A stretch of 64,000 bases of DNA from Trichoplax adhaerens (GCF_000150275.1 NW_002060946.1:7843494-7907493), one strand, 5' to 3'; shown: positions 12,453 through 27,702, counted from the stretch's first letter. Notes: generated by a model not told the origin, from the letters alone. A program made the numbers and translations.

Positions 12453-15400
12453 TACAGTAATAGCATATTACAAATATAAGAATAGAAATTAAATAATCTT
12501 CAACTATAACGACTTTATTAAAATATTAAGTGTGTAAGAATTGTACGATCCCAAATACTGTGCATTTTTAAGTTTTCTCCTTCAGTAACCATTTTACTTT
12601 CCTGCCATTTTCTTACTAACTTTACTAATCCACTTGACTAAGACATTAATGATAGCCTGTCCGATATTAGATATTTAGTCGATCATCATTAATTAAAACT
12701 CTTTAGCTTTTGTTCGTCAATGTTTTCAGTAAAAATTTAATTTTGAATAATATATTATTCTTAGGAGAATCATGTATGTGCTGATATCTATTAGGCACAT
12801 TAGCAAATAAATAATAGGCATAATTTGCAGCAAATAAATATCATGTTCCCGTTAAATCGTTGCTATGTCATCATTAATGGATATTAGCTATCGGTATTTT
12901 TCATTTAAATAAAATATGCAAATTTTTCCTCATCCTTAATAACGTACGATCATATAGATAATAATAGTTTACGCTTAAAGAAAGCCATTTAGCAGCACAA
13001 TAAATTCAATTTTTCTTTTACCATTTACTAATTCTTAGCATAATAATATCTATTCCATGTGAAGGTTAACTTTGCAGTAGAGCTTTGACATGATTAACGA
13101 CATGATAAAGTCTTGTACCGCAGAATTAAGTTATTTTGTGGGTGTTAGCGTGCTTACGATCAAAATAAAATCATATTTACTAAACCATAAATGTCAGTAA
13201 CACCGAAGAATGTGCCTTTAATATCTAATGGTAACGTTCTAAATCAGTGATCTGAGCTTATATACTGTGACAATATAATTTTTCATAAATATTGTTCTAC
13301 CGTAAATGCTGATGTTTCGATATAAATGCTTCACCCTTAAGTACAGTATAAGATTAAATTAGGGAACTGTTACAAATACCTTGGTGCTATACTGAAAGAT
13401 AAAAAGCACATTAAGTAATAAATAGTAAAAGAGTATAGTAGGCTCATAAAGTGAAATCTAATGGCTTTACTTATCGTGAGTTTTATCTATCGTGTATTTT
13501 TTATGGCTAACTTGCAGATCAAATAATGATCGCTTATTCTCGAATTTGAATTATATGTGAAGTCCTTGGTTTGCTTTTATAGTCTTGGTAAACGAAAAAA
13601 TTACTTAATTTAAATCACCTATTTACTTTAGACGTGTCCTAATATCAACCTTTAATAACAATATGACATAAGTTAATCCTAAGTTCTGTATGTAATTTTA
13701 TAGCAACCATATTTGTGCGCTAGAAAACAAAACCTAATTTTCAGGATTAAAGTGTTCTCGAACCCGTGAGGAATCAAACTCGATTATTTTCTGATTAAAC
13801 TTATCGTAATGTAATATTAGTCAATTTTCATATAATCAGTAAGGAAGGAATCTTCAAATTTCTCATTAAGTGTTGATTACGATTACACTTACAGGCATTT
13901 TAAATAATACGACAGTGAAAATACGTTACTATTCATAATAGTAGCTTCTGTTTTAATGTAGGTGAGCGAGCAATAATTGAAGATCAGGAGTTCTGTAACT
14001 CAGACTGCTGTGAACTGTGACTGTTGTTATTCGATGAAGCTTTGGTAGATTATAAATGCGATATTCAAGATCTGATTTTCAATTCAGCATCTCTAGAATA
14101 CGACAATAAAAATATGAATATTTCTGAAACTATGCTACTACGAGTACATAACCCTTGGTGGTTGATTTAAGCAGCTTTAGTAAAACATTTACAAATTTCT
14201 ATACGAGGAGACCTTAACTCATACATTCCTTCTGTAAATATGAAAGGAAGTTGTACTTGTTTATTCCATTAAGAGGCTACCAATTTGGCTTATCCAATAA
14301 AGAGCTTAGAAATTATCTACGGCATTCTAATAAAGTATCGGTAACTAATGGTGAAAATATTAAAAATTTTGATATCATATTGTAGACTCGTATACTGGAT
14401 CTAATTGTTATCGTAAGAGTTTTAATTAAATACGAATTTTTTGTTCTATTCGGTTTGATAAAACTGAGGTTTTACGTTGAAAAATTACGTTCTATCGAAT
14501 CTTACTGAAATCGAGACATACAAATTCCTACTCTAAATAGCGAGAAAGATAATTTTTAGGCTTATAGTGAAAAGTTCAGAACCATGTCTGCAATGTTGTT
14601 CTCCTAGCGAATGAACATTTTGTTCAGAATGGAGTGTGATACAACTTGAATATGGCTTAAGATTGATTGAAATTTAAATAATAAAATTTTTATTAAGTGT
14701 ATAAATTACGTTTCATGATACTATAACTACGACATAAAACAACAATGCAGAAAATTACAATTTCTGCAAAGGTCTCATTATCAGTTTTTATATCTTGATA
14801 GCAAAAAACTTCTTAAAGAAATCTGGACAAAACTATTTACAATAATATAGCTCAAATTATTTTGATATTATAAAGCATTTATAAAATTAGTTATAGATAC
14901 GATATCTCATGAACTTTTGCTGATTTTGCAACTGCGGGTATTATAGTACATTAGAAATTCTATTACAATAACGACTCCTAAATTCAATAAATCCGGCCTT
15001 AATAAGTAGGATATCTCATTTAGAATTTTGCTATTTTTCCCCCTATTCAATTAGTGATGGTATTAAAATTTTGAGATACTTATCCTTCTTTTTTAGCGAC
15101 GACTCATCCATCGCTAACAACAGATAGAATAAAGATCACCTTTGCATGTTAGTCTAGATGTAAGCATCTGATTTCTAATACTGATTTTTAAATCACAAGT
15201 CTGGGAGAAGTAAGTTGCAATTTGTTTTATGTTTATTATTAATCTATAAATTATTAAATAGATCAATATATGAACTTATATTTACACAGCAATTATTATC
15301 TGATATTGTAGTTATATTTTACAATTGAAAGAGTAAGCTAATAAATCTTTTTTATGAAATTTAGTTTAATACATAACTAGAGATCGAGATTTATTAAAAT

Positions 15401-18400
15401 TAAATAGATACGTTCGTTCAAATATATTTTCTTTCTTCCGAAGCATATGCAAAAACTATTTCCTTTCTAGTGTCTAAAGACTCAATGAGTAGGAAGAATA
15501 ATTGTACCAGAACATGAAAAATGTAAAATTATTGTTAAATTATCGCTCCTTCGAGGATAATGATATGCTAAACGTCAGAGAATTCTCAAAGCGCATAAAA
15601 TATTTTATGCTGTGAAAAGGAAATATGACTTGAAGACAATTGCCAACTGATTTCTGTCAGCATCTTTGTTGATCAAAGAAATTCGTGTTCATTAAACATC
15701 CGTTCCACACAGGTGTTCCAATCTCCTGCTATTTTATTTAGCATATATCAGTCGCAGAATAATTCTTTAACGCACAATAGATTTATATCTGATTCTTGTC
15801 AAAGCCGGTAAAGAGGGAACAGTCATTTAATCAAACTAAGTACAGTACAGCATTCAAAATTTGTAAAAAATATAAAGTTTTACAATTGTCGCGTTTGACA
15901 AATTGAATTTAAACATCAGAATAAACAGTCTGCAACTGCGGTAGAACCAGGCTATCTAGACAAAATCTTACTATATATGTTATGCAAATTTACAATTAGT
16001 TATTATCAAAGCCAGTTTATAAAATTAAACGGGTGCGCAATCGATTGAAATATAATTATGAAGGGTTATATAAGGTTAGCTATTGATTTCATTGGTTAAA
16101 TTCATTTCTTAATTGTTCTTATTTTCGACATTAATTCAAGATGGCTTTGAGAAGTGCATATTTTTCTCTTTTTATACAAATAATGGCTGTTATATTCAAA
16201 GTACTAACGGTACAATAATCGAAACTATATAGCTATTGTGTCAGATTTATTCTTGCATAAGCGTCAAAGTCGTACACTAATTCAAGCTTCAAGTAACCGA
16301 ATTCCTTTCGAATTTAGCAATCAAACGTCTAATTTTAAATTTGTCTTATACACAACGATATTATTTCTAAAAGATTTTAAGCACTATGCAAGTTTGTAAA
16401 ATTTCAGTCAAATACTGAATCACAACTGTAATCGCAGGCACATATGATGAGTAAAACCAACACCCGGCAACAATTTTCACAATGAGTTTATTCGAATTTG
16501 ATATTTATATATCCAATAATATAAAATTTAGAATTTAAGTAAATTGACTGATTAATAAAATTATGATTAAATAAATTGAGTAAGCTGTAGACCAAGTTCG
16601 AATATAGCACCACGAATATCAGGCGTCGAAAACATGATAAATTGTAGTCAATGCCGCTTAAATGACTTTGAATTTTACTCTTAAGAACCAAATAGTAAAA
16701 ATTCAAAATAGATGCGGATAATTACTTACAAAGTTTAAATGAATTTAAGCAGCTATACAGTCCATTAACTGAAGATCTATAGAGTTTATCTCTACTTTAA
16801 TGCATAAACTACAACATTTCTATATACTGTAGGTATAGCGTCGCTAATATACATTATGTTACAGAATGGCTACCACGGAATTGATATGCCTTAATATTTG
16901 TATTGGAGAAGCGCTCGTCCAAAGTTTTGGCAGTATCCAATATGTCATTTTTACTGCTTAATTCTGTAGAAAGTTATGTATGGCCTAAAATAAAACAGAT
17001 CTTGGTACCATTCACTTTCGAATTAGTTATAATAGCCTTAAATAAAAGACTTTTCTCTATATCGATGTTGTCGTAGAAGTATTTTGGTTAATAATTTCTA
17101 AAATCTTTGGATGTATCACAGCGCTATCTTGAATTGATTGATACGTAGTTCTCGATACTTTATTAGCGGTTCTGTTCGAATTGTTGCCGTGGCTCTTTAG
17201 TCAGAGAGTCAGTCACCTTGCAATCAGCTTGCTTTTTTACTTTCCTATAACACTTGATGAGGTCAGAAATTATCTGCTGTGGTGGAATGAACATACGATT
17301 CATAGATCGTCTAATTAGAATAATACGTATCTTGAGATACTTTAAGTATATGTATAGCTCGAAAAAATGGAGATTTTCCGACGTGATCTTTTCTAAATTT
17401 TTTGCTGCGTGGAAGCTGCTCTCCTTTGAAGCGATAGCCGATTCATTTAACAGAGCAAAAACAAAATCACATGGTATGATTGAAGCTGGCAGTAATAAGT
17501 ACATATCTGCAACGCATATTTATGATAAAGTAAATAATTTTTTTTATCTATACAATTGCATACATATAGTTTTACAATGGTCATTACGTTTTGTAATACC
17601 CAATCTTATATATTACGTTTGAAGCTCTTCTCTATGATCCACTTTTATGGTTAATATGCTAGCCTAATTAGTTACTTCACTCTTCCTGTAGAGAATATCA
17701 AGATAGATAGAAGACGCAATTAAGTAAAACATTCCGAATCTGTCACACCAATACATTATACGGTATTGAATAAGCGAACTTTATTCCAAAAGATTGTTCC
17801 TTTGATTCCTAAATTTCTTTGGCCATAAAATTCTTCATAGATATTAGTTTCTAGGATAATTCGTACTCTTTGTTTCCTTTCTATGCAGCAGTAGAAGATA
17901 ATACAGTAGATAGTATCTTCACAGCTAACTCGCGACCAATGATGTAATTGTCTGTTTGATTGTAGATTCTTATAGGTAACCTACTGGGTTACTGAACGAC
18001 GTTTGTAAGTCTGATGTTGAATCAATAGCAGATTTTCTATCAATTATTCAACAACATTAACTTATGTTAGTTTCAAACCCACAATCCTAGTAATATTTCG
18101 GAAACGGTAGCAAGTTATTAATATAGATCACATACCTTCCATCCCTCGTATTATTTTTGCATGTAGAAAATTATGTAGGTAAATTTTTTAGGCTCGGTAC
18201 AGGATTGTATAATGAATTTTACCTGTAATGTTGATTTAATAACAGATCTTTTCAATAAAAATAAAAGATAAAATTTTTTTTCGCATGGAAACTTTCCAGT
18301 TCAATAAGCTATAATAATCGTGTGTTGCTAGTTTTTTTAAACTTTACATTTAAATAGTTACGAATTCGAGTAAACTTCTCAAGAGACTGATTTTATTACT

Positions 18401-21400
18401 TTAACGCTTCATAAGTAATATGACGATCTGATTTTGATCGTCAGCTTATATACCGAAAGAGTAATCGAAAATCGAAAAAATATTTATATTATGTATTAAA
18501 GTTAACAATAGGGTACCGAAAGAAATATCTTTAGGATATTAATCACCAGCTGAAAACGTGGAAAACAACGCTGAAATAGTTTTAGCTAAACTGCTATAGT
18601 ATATTGAGCCAGAATTTAAAGTACTTAATAGTAGCTGACGATGAAATGGCTTGATAAATGTATCCGCTATTTGAACCAACTGTTTAGAAATACTTCCTAA
18701 TAACAAAATAATTATAAGCAACAAATAACACGAATGTTAAGCTACGATTTCTTCTCAGATTGTAATATTCATTATAAGCTTATCAAGCATTTCTGACTCG
18801 TGCGGAATAATTTCAATATTTTCATATGTGTCGTATGGCCTTAATATCTATACAATACTCCGAAACACGGTGGGAAATGTCTGTTCTGGAACGATTTAGA
18901 TTGTGCAGCTTACATATACTGTATTACTGAACAACGATTGACTATGATTTTAATTCAAACCAAATCTGTTTGACCTTAGTCCTATTGCAAAAACGCAACT
19001 AGTTAATGGTAATAACAGATTGGCAGAATAAACTATTTAGTTGACAGTAGTTGATGATAATATGGCTCAAGTACTCTAGGCGTATGTACTATTTATACCA
19101 CATACCGATATTTACGGCCATGACTGCTAGCTTTCAACTGTTCCCGGTAATGATATATATTTTGAGATTAAGCATTTATATACCGTCACAAATATGAACG
19201 GTCAAATATCACAGTAATTTTATAAAATGTGAAACTTAGATGCAGTTGTAGCGAAGCTATTACATAAGTAAAGTATAACAAAATGATTAACGGTATTATT
19301 TTTTAATTATGGCTCGAATATTTATTTCAGTGGTTAGAGGAGTGAATAAGTAATGATGACTACATGATTAAACTTAAAACTGATATTGCTTAAAGAACTG
19401 TAATTAAGATAAAAGCTATAAGTAATAAGAACAGTGTTACAACTTCCAAATTTTGTAACAAGTACTAGATCTGCACTCAGCAAGGAGACCCAGTAATTAA
19501 GTTGAAGAACTAACTTTATTGTTAAAACGAAGAGTTTATATACTTTCTTTATTGTGACCTTTGATCTACTGACGTAGATCACAAGATCATCACTAACAGA
19601 AAGGTTTCCCTAGTTTAGTCATTACAAATAGACTATCATGCCAAGTATGGCAACATGAGAATACATATATAGATAACCTTAATATAGTACCATAACTACA
19701 TCTATATACGCCTGACGTGATAACATCGTGATATTTAGCCATATATAGGAAGAAGGTAACATACTAATTATGTAACTATTACAGAACGTGATAAACAGGA
19801 ATTAGTTGATTATTCTATTAAAGATATAATAAATATCAGTTCAAACTATATCTGTATACATCAGCAATCTTATTATATGTTATTTATAGGTATATCAATA
19901 CACACTTGTTATGTATGTGATTCGTAATACTGCTTGAGTCAGGTAGTAAACCTCGTATAATGTGCAGATAATGTAAAATTTATTAGGAAAACTGTAACAT
20001 AACATAAGGCACATTTATAGTTAATATAAACCTATAAGCATAAATCAGTTTATATAATCGTAAGGTAAGAACGTATGAGTACAGAATGGAAGTAGCATGT
20101 AAGAAAATGTATGTAAAAATACTATAACATAGATCCTCATTTTTTATCCACTCATAGTTATCCAATAAGCGTATTATCTTAAAATAATATAGTTCAATTT
20201 AGCACATTTTTGTTTTTAAAGGTAACGTTTTACTTATTATAATTATGATAACAATCAATTCAAGCACCTGCCATTCGTCTAGTCTGATACTAACGTTACC
20301 GGTTGCAAAAATTTTCAATAATCATACATTATTAACGAAGGTAAAAGTAGGAAGACATGTGTACTATATGTACTGGTTTAAACTAATAATGGTAATGCTA
20401 GTATACCCTTAGCAATAATACAGAATAAGCTATTTGCGTCCTCTTAAAAGACAGGTGTATCGATTCCCAACCACACATTTCCTATCAACAACACGTAAAC
20501 ACCGATCATAAATATTGACACTTTAAATCTGTAACATCATCAGCTCATATTAATAATTCAATAGAATACTAAAATGCCATAATATCAGAATTAACTCTTC
20601 CACAATTATATTATTAAATATCATGTAAACATGTCCTATATTTTATAGATAAAAGCCCTACTATAGCGTTTGCTACATGTTGAAAATGAAGCAAAGGTAA
20701 CCGTTTCGGTATAGAACAGAAAAACCGGATGTAAAAAGCATTGTATCATCCGCATGATATAATATTCGAGATTATAATATATACTTCATTCAAAACAACC
20801 AATATGAGCTAATAAAAAAGGATTATCAAAATTAGACATAAATTTCTTATTACTTAATACATTTACAGGATGATTTCTAATACGTAAAGCAGATACGCGA
20901 GATATAATTGAAAAGTTATTGTGATCACTTAATGACCTAGTAATCATTACAGAAAAATTATCTTTTTACACAAGTGGACTATAATAATGATTCAACTGAT
21001 CATAAACCTAAAATATCATTTTTATTATACCAAGTCGCTTTCATTCTCTGAAACTTTATAAGTTAATAAATAGTTAAGCCTTTTACTTTCAATCCGTATT
21101 TAATCATACTTTTGCGATGTACTATTGTAGTTTTGATATTTAGCATCTTCTCTAGATCGGATAGTGAAAGTCAAATCAAAGATCAAAATTTCCTCTTTTC
21201 AGGAGGCTATAGAAATATCCTATGATGATTAAAGTAAGCAATCGTTTTTACAATTATACTCCAAAGTGTGTTTTGAAATTCTCCTCATGAATAATTACAG
21301 TGATTGACGTCGCTATTTATTAAATAATCTACCTTTAAGTTTCCGTAACCGTTCTTCCTATTTTAGCTTACTATCTTTTATATGTATTATTTGGCCTGCA

Positions 21401-22432
21401 GACTTTGCGTCTCTGTATAATTTTTCTATTCTTTGCACATTTAATTGCTTACTGCATCAGAACTAACCTTAACAAGTAGCAATTCGACAAAAGAAGTGGT
21501 ATTAGTTACTTGCAATTCATGGTAAACAAATAAAAAATAAGATATCTAATAGTTTTACGCTTAAAATCTAAAACCTACGTTACATAGAGATTTTTCTGTA
21601 ATATCCATTTCATCGTTTCATCTACAGGCACTATTCTTAGAAAATTTTATGCTTCGATATAATAAATACGAATAACAATTATTTCGGATTGATATAAGAG
21701 TACTTTGGTCACTATTATTGACATCGATACATCCATAATAGTCGACATTATCCTGTCTCTTTAGCTTTAATATTGATTAAATTAGGATTATATTATTCTT
21801 TACTTTAATCTAAAATATTGAAATTGAGGAATTAATTGTTAGGAATCTTATCTTATTCTATTATGATATTGTTAATTACATTTTATCAATAGTTGAACAC
21901 CTTAACATCACAAAGATTTTATGAGATTACATACTGATAATAGAATAGATACAAGTATCTTTATTGATATTAATATTATTTCATTTTATTCTATTAGTTT
22001 AATTACATTTCATGCCGTATTATGATTGAATTGAATATATACGGGAGCGGAATTGTAATAATTGTCATTTGGAATAAGTCAGCGGTCAGCAATTTTTATC
22101 AAATTTCTCCCATCAAAGATATCCTTACAGTATCAAAAATCTGTGAACCCAGCCGACTACTATCCAACTTTCGTTCTTATTTTGAAGGCACACAATTTAA
22201 AGATAATAAAAAAAATAATCATATTGCTTGCGGTTTACCCTTCATTGCAATTTCTTGAACTTTTACTCCTAGCTTTAAATGATAGCGATTGAAATTGTCA
22301 ATTATATACCGCTTATATTAAATCGCACGTAGAAATCTTGGTTTTGTTTATTGTTATAATAAACTTATCATTATCTTTCTTATTATAAAACTATTCAGTC
22401 CTAACATTACCATCAATTCTAAATATACTATC

Positions 22433-23542
22433 ATGCCTTGTTCAAATGCTACAAACCAAGATGAATTACAATTTAATGCTAATAGAACGCGCTCTGGAGG
22501 AAAACTGGAATTGTGTCATCAAATTCAGAACATTTCAAAACCACCACTTTTTCCCATTCCTCCGCTTGGACATGTCATGTATGTCATAGTGGCCATTGTT
22601 GCAGTACTTATCTTTATTACTGGCTTGTATGGCAATATTGTATTGATTCGATCGACGATCGATCATACACAGAAAAAAGTTCGTAAAACTATGAATATTT
22701 TCTTAATGACTTTGGCTCTTTATGATATCCTCATCATTACTATAACTATGCCAGTAACTTTAGTAGAAGATTTATTATTATGGTGGCCTTTTGGTCGAGT
22801 ATTATGCTATATTCTGTATTACATGCCTACCATTTTTGCCTCCGGATCTGTCTTTACCATCGTCACAATTGCAGCTGAACGCTATCGTGCGGTAGTCTAT
22901 CCCATGAAGCCAAAGTTATCGACCGCAAGGGCTGCCCTAATTAGCATTGGTATTTTTTTAATAGCCATTGCTGTTACTGTTCCTAACATGGTATTTGCAA
23001 TTTACGACGATAAAACATTTCCGAATCATCCTCAATGTAGTCATCATTTCTTACCTGATCCTATCTTAGGAAATAAAATTTACGTAATATTCGTTTTTGG
23101 CTGCTTATTTTGGTTACCATTAATGTTCACTGGTGGCTTATACATTTTAATTATGTATCACTTACAAGTCCATCGACATAAAACAATCTTAACTATCAAC
23201 GGGCGTATGACCACTGAAACAAATCGTCGGGTCGTTACTATGCTATTGATTATTTTATTGGTTTTCGTCCTTAGCTGGTTACCCCTGCATATTTGCTTTT
23301 TCTTGGCAATATTTGGGCCGCTTAATCCCTTAACGAAAGACTTTCGTTTAGCGTTAACTATTTGCCATATTATTTCTTATTTAAACTGCGCAATTAATCC
23401 TATCGTGTATGTTAGCTTTAAGAGTAGGGTCAAGTTTATATCAATCATATGTTGTAGACAAATATTTAAAGCCGGTCGAAGTATGTCTAGTTCGGAGCAT
23501 ACTGGTAATCCAACCAAGAATATTTCCATGAAATTTAACTGA
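22433..23542 (+). CDS. Class A peptide-receptor-like GPCR, intronless (369 aa)
   Basis: GN, LALYD, WPFGRVLC, ERYRAVVYP, SWLP and NPIVY motifs; N-terminal N-x-T sequons. Confidence 0.95.
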   Translation: MPCSNATNQDELQFNANRTRSGGKLELCHQIQNISKPPLFPIPPLGHVMYVIVAIVAVLIFITGLYGNIVLIRSTIDHTQKKVRKTMNIFLMTLALYDILIITITMPVTLVEDLLLWWPFGRVLCYILYYMPTIFASGSVFTIVTIAAERYRAVVYPMKPKLSTARAALISIGIFLIAIAVTVPNMVFAIYDDKTFPNHPQCSHHFLPDPILGNKIYVIFVFGCLFWLPLMFTGGLYILIMYHLQVHRHKTILTINGRMTTETNRRVVTMLLIILLVFVLSWLPLHICFFLAIFGPLNPLTKDFRLALTICHIISYLNCAINPIVYVSFKSRVKFISIICCRQIFKAGRSMSSSEHTGNPTKNISMKFN

Positions 23543-25689
23543 TCCTATGACCATCAAATCAACTGAATTCGAATAAGCGAACCTAAGAGAAATAAATTTG
23601 CCATAACTCATATAGCATTTCATTGTTGCTGATAAATCTAGCACTCTTTTCAAGTCTTAGCAGTACATGTTATACATTACTAATCCTTTAGCCTATTTTA
23701 ATCATAGTAATTAAAACAACGGTCTAGCAAAAGCGCTCGAACACACGCGAAGTGAAATTACTATTGTTCTTTTAAATAATATCGAATTGAACTTGCTAAA
23801 CGATAATTTTTGCCCCTTCCATGCAATAGATGTAAAATCTTTTACTCTTTTCGAAAACTTGGACTCATGCTAGATCTGTAATGTTCCATCATAATGCTGA
23901 AATAGCATATAAAAGAATAACTGTACAAACTTTTTCGCTTCAATCAAGACCTATTACGTGTGCAATTCGATGAACCAGGATTACTATCAAGGTATTTAAT
24001 TGCTGGACAGCAATAACTATTGCTGATGCAGCCAAAATACGAATTTAAAATTGGGCGAGTTTCATATCAAGATCTTTTCATCTAAACTAAATTATTTAAG
24101 AACTAGAATGTCCTCTGGATTACCGTTACGTTCATCACAGTTTTACTAAATCTTTATTCCACTTCCTACGAGAACAAATATTCACAAAATTTATTTGCAC
24201 CATTGTGGCTATCTGGCTATAATGTAATGGGACCATTCAAGGGATCATAGAACATATACTACTATTTAATTTCCGAGTACAATAGAATATATTGCAAAAT
24301 ATGAAATTAAACAGCTGCATATGGCAATACCTTTATCATACGGTACTTATTAACAATGTGCTGAATCATTTGGTGTTTAATTAATAATAAAGTGTTGCCT
24401 CCTAGTCTAACTCTAGCATAATAAAATTTATTTAAGGCATTAATTTGGCTCATCATGCTTTAAAAATGATCGATCTAAAATCATACGTCTTCGATGATCG
24501 TATACTATAACCATAAAACAAAAAATTAATCTACACATGTAAGCATTATAAATTTGCTTTAATTTATTACTTTTGAGTAGTTTCCTAATCCTCTAAATAA
24601 TGAAAGCATTTGATTAACGATTACAATAAATGTTAAAGCTGCACTACAAAGGGCGATATTAAAAAAAATCAAGAAATGATCGGTTTCTATCGTTATACCA
24701 GACAGAACACATTCATGTAACCGCTTAAAAATTATGTCACTAATTATTACAAAAATAAAATCTTGTTATTAAGATCAAAAGAATGATTGACAGATCTTGT
24801 TCTTTATAAGATGTCATCTTTAAAATGTACATTTAAAAGATGCATTCATTTAATGCGAATATATTTATCTTAGGACTGAGCCACAGTATTCGCTAATAGA
24901 TATTTCGAAATTAACTTATGAATATTAATAATAGCACTATATGCACTATTTGAGAAAATTTCCATGTTTCCAGTACTTTTTGAACTTACTATGTGCGAAT
25001 TGTACGGACAGAGCAGATAAAATATAATATAAGACACCTTTGTTCTGTGGTACCGCAAAATAATCTGGGGAACACACTACTGCAGTTGTTTACTAATTAT
25101 ACATAAAAATTCTTTAGACTATAAAACTGATAACAAGAAATATCGTATGCTCGGACAACATTTCAAGACGCTAATTTGAAATCACTTGTAGCAAAGACCA
25201 TATAAACTTCTGCAGCTATAGCGCTTTTTTCAAACACTATCCATCAAAAGCTAAGCAGGTTTAGTAATTGTTTCAACTATAGAAATAAGAATAATTATAA
25301 TGTAGTGTAGAGGACCGAGATATCGGGCTAAGAGATAAACTAACTAACCACTCATTATTACATAGTTCGTAGTTGTACTATTTCCTAATATATAAGCAAG
25401 TATATTTAGATCAACGTTGTTTACGGAGTGTGGTAAACTTTAGCTAAGATTGAATTATTCCTTTACTACGAATTGGTTCCTAAATAAGACAGCGGAGGAG
25501 TTGGAGAGCTATTAGTCGATTAGTTTATTTACAGAAAAAATCTTCATAACACACCGCAAGTAATATAAATAGCGGCACTATTACTGCACAAGTCATTATA
25601 ATTTTGCATTTCTTCAAATAAGTTCTCGGAGGACATCGTCGTAGGGATGAAGATTTCTTACAAAAAAAGCTATTAAATTCATGGCCCCT

Positions 25690-27429
25690 TCACGGTCGAT
25701 CTTTACTAATAGGCAATATGTTACACCTGCAATAACAAGCGAATTCAAGTAGTTATTATATACTATTCCGCCGAATCGACCAAGTAGCTTTGAAGTACGT
25801 TAAATTATACTAAAGTCATCATTTCGATTTATGTTACCCTAATAATCCTCTGCCAGACCACACTCGAGGTGTAATTGTTAATTTCAGTAGCTTTTGCATT
25901 CTTCTAATGATAACTTTTACTTCTTTCTAATATATATGTGGAGAAAGTTGTAATACACGTTGGTAATCGATAAACAAAGACGACTGGAATAAAATCATTC
26001 ATACACTGCAAGAAATCACTTTACAGTGCACAGTCAAAGTTATACAGTTTACAACTACTGACCTGTTCACTATGCTTGACGATGTAACCAACATCTTGTA
26101 AAGATCTAAAATTCTCAGCATTTACGGTGCCAAAACAGCAAATTTCGTCCCCTTTTTCCAAACCCTAGAATATAAACGAATTTAACAATTTCGTTTCTAT
26201 TAATTAACGATAGAATGAATATCAAAGTATAGCAATTTTATGAAAAACTGCAGTACGCATTTACAATTTAAAATTTTGATACTATCATATATCATTAGCC
26301 ATCTTGTTATTAGCCTTAATATTACAATTTAATTGATTGATAAAATAATCATGAAGAAATGCTACGACAGGCACAGCATGAATAGACCCTATGGCCTTCA
26401 AATATTTCGAATTCTTAGTCTTGACAATGCACTTTATAATATATAAAAATGAAACACGGCGAACATCGGACTTAGATACAGCCATTACTTGGCTATGTTT
26501 TAGGAATACATAATACAAAATTACATTTAGCAAGCGATCGATTAAATAGAAGAATTTACAGATAAACTGATAACATAAAATGAATCCATCCATATATAAA
26601 ACTTAAAGATGGCCGTATAAATAAAAAATAACTTACAGCTTCTGCTGCTGGAGATCCATCAGCTACAAAATCTGTAATGGCAAAACTAATAATGGCTTGA
26701 TCTATAACAATTTTTGATATGCAGCACATTAATTAATTGATTAATTATAATCAATTATGTACGACGCATAGCATGTTGCTATGAAAATTATGAATTAACT
26801 GTTAGACCAATGTCATCAGACGGCTTCAATTCTCAAACCTATTTCGTTGACTGTATCTTCAGATGGCTTTTCCAATGTAGAATTTCTGGCATCAGCATGA
26901 ATTTGATGTAATCCACTTTCAATCTCTTTCATAGCAGCTTTGTGATCATTCTGTAAACCTATGGAATTCATGGAATAAGCCTGATTTAGCTCCATTTTGC
27001 CAAAGGAAAAGGCATTGCGATTATCTCCGAAATTCATCTACAGTAGAAACATACAAATAATCCTTTGCCTGGCTTTCCTAACGGTGTATACATCGATGTC
27101 GGCTCGTGGGTATCCCTGAGAATCGACTAATGGTTCATTCATTCCCACATTTCTTTGCTTGAATATGCACGTATACAGTAGGTAAGGTAAATTCTTAATT
27201 TCACATTCATTATAATTCATGTGATTGACTGTTGTAGCTACTTTAATGCAAAATCTGCACTACCCATTAATCAGTATCAACACTCGAATAGAAGGTTTGT
27301 TCATTGCTATTAAATCTGCATCAACTCAATGATTTCTCTTACCGATTGTAAAACGTCAGACCATTGATCAATTTCTGCTTCGATGGCTTCCTTCTTTTTC
27401 ATTAAATCGAACACTTTCTCTGTAGCCAT
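25690..27429 (-). CDS. PSMD9: 26S proteasome assembly chaperone PSMD9/Nas2/p27 (~200 aa). Exons 27429-27343, 27157-27055, 26958-26839, 26701-26637, 26164-26063, 25926-25838, 25726-25690
   Basis: Spliced translation MATEKVFDLMKKKEAIEAEI...[38 protein letters not shown], then a PDZ domain (GSPAAEAGLEKGDEI..FG) and TPRVWSGRGLLGCNILP. All introns GT-AG and in frame. Confidence 0.95.
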
Positions 27430-27480
27430 GTTTGCTGATCTCATCCAGGATTCAGCACTAATTTTGGAGTCCTTTCTATT

Positions 27481-27638
27481 CTACTGTACTGTACAGTAGT
27501 ACTGTTCTACTGTACACTGTACACTGTACACTGTGCAGTACTGTACTGTACAGTACTGTACTTTACGGTACTTTACGGTACTTTACGGTACTTTACGGTA
27601 CGGTCCAGTACACTATGTACAGTACTGTACTGTACAGT
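27481..27638. repeat. Self-complementary GTAC/TACTGTA-rich simple repeat, including (ctttacggta)x4, just upstream of PSMD9
   Basis: Read directly: tactgtactgtacagta..., (ctgtaca)n, (ctttacggta)4. Confidence 0.9.
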
Positions 27639-27702
27639 ATTTTATTTTTCAGACGAATCAGACGTACTGTAGAAAAAGGGAAAAAATATTGCTGAAACCA
27701 AC

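Noticed and set aside
13740-13790. tRNA/B-box-like GGTTCGA on the - strand
   Set aside because: No cloverleaf or A box could be built.
16700-18900. Possible decayed STAND/NTPase pseudogene on the - strand (fragments NYIIGRELAVKIL, CRYVLITAS; ORFs 17163-17504 and 18539-18724)
   Set aside because: The fragments lie in different frames with many stops and no convincing P-loop or Walker B. A TBLASTN/HMM search would be needed to support it.
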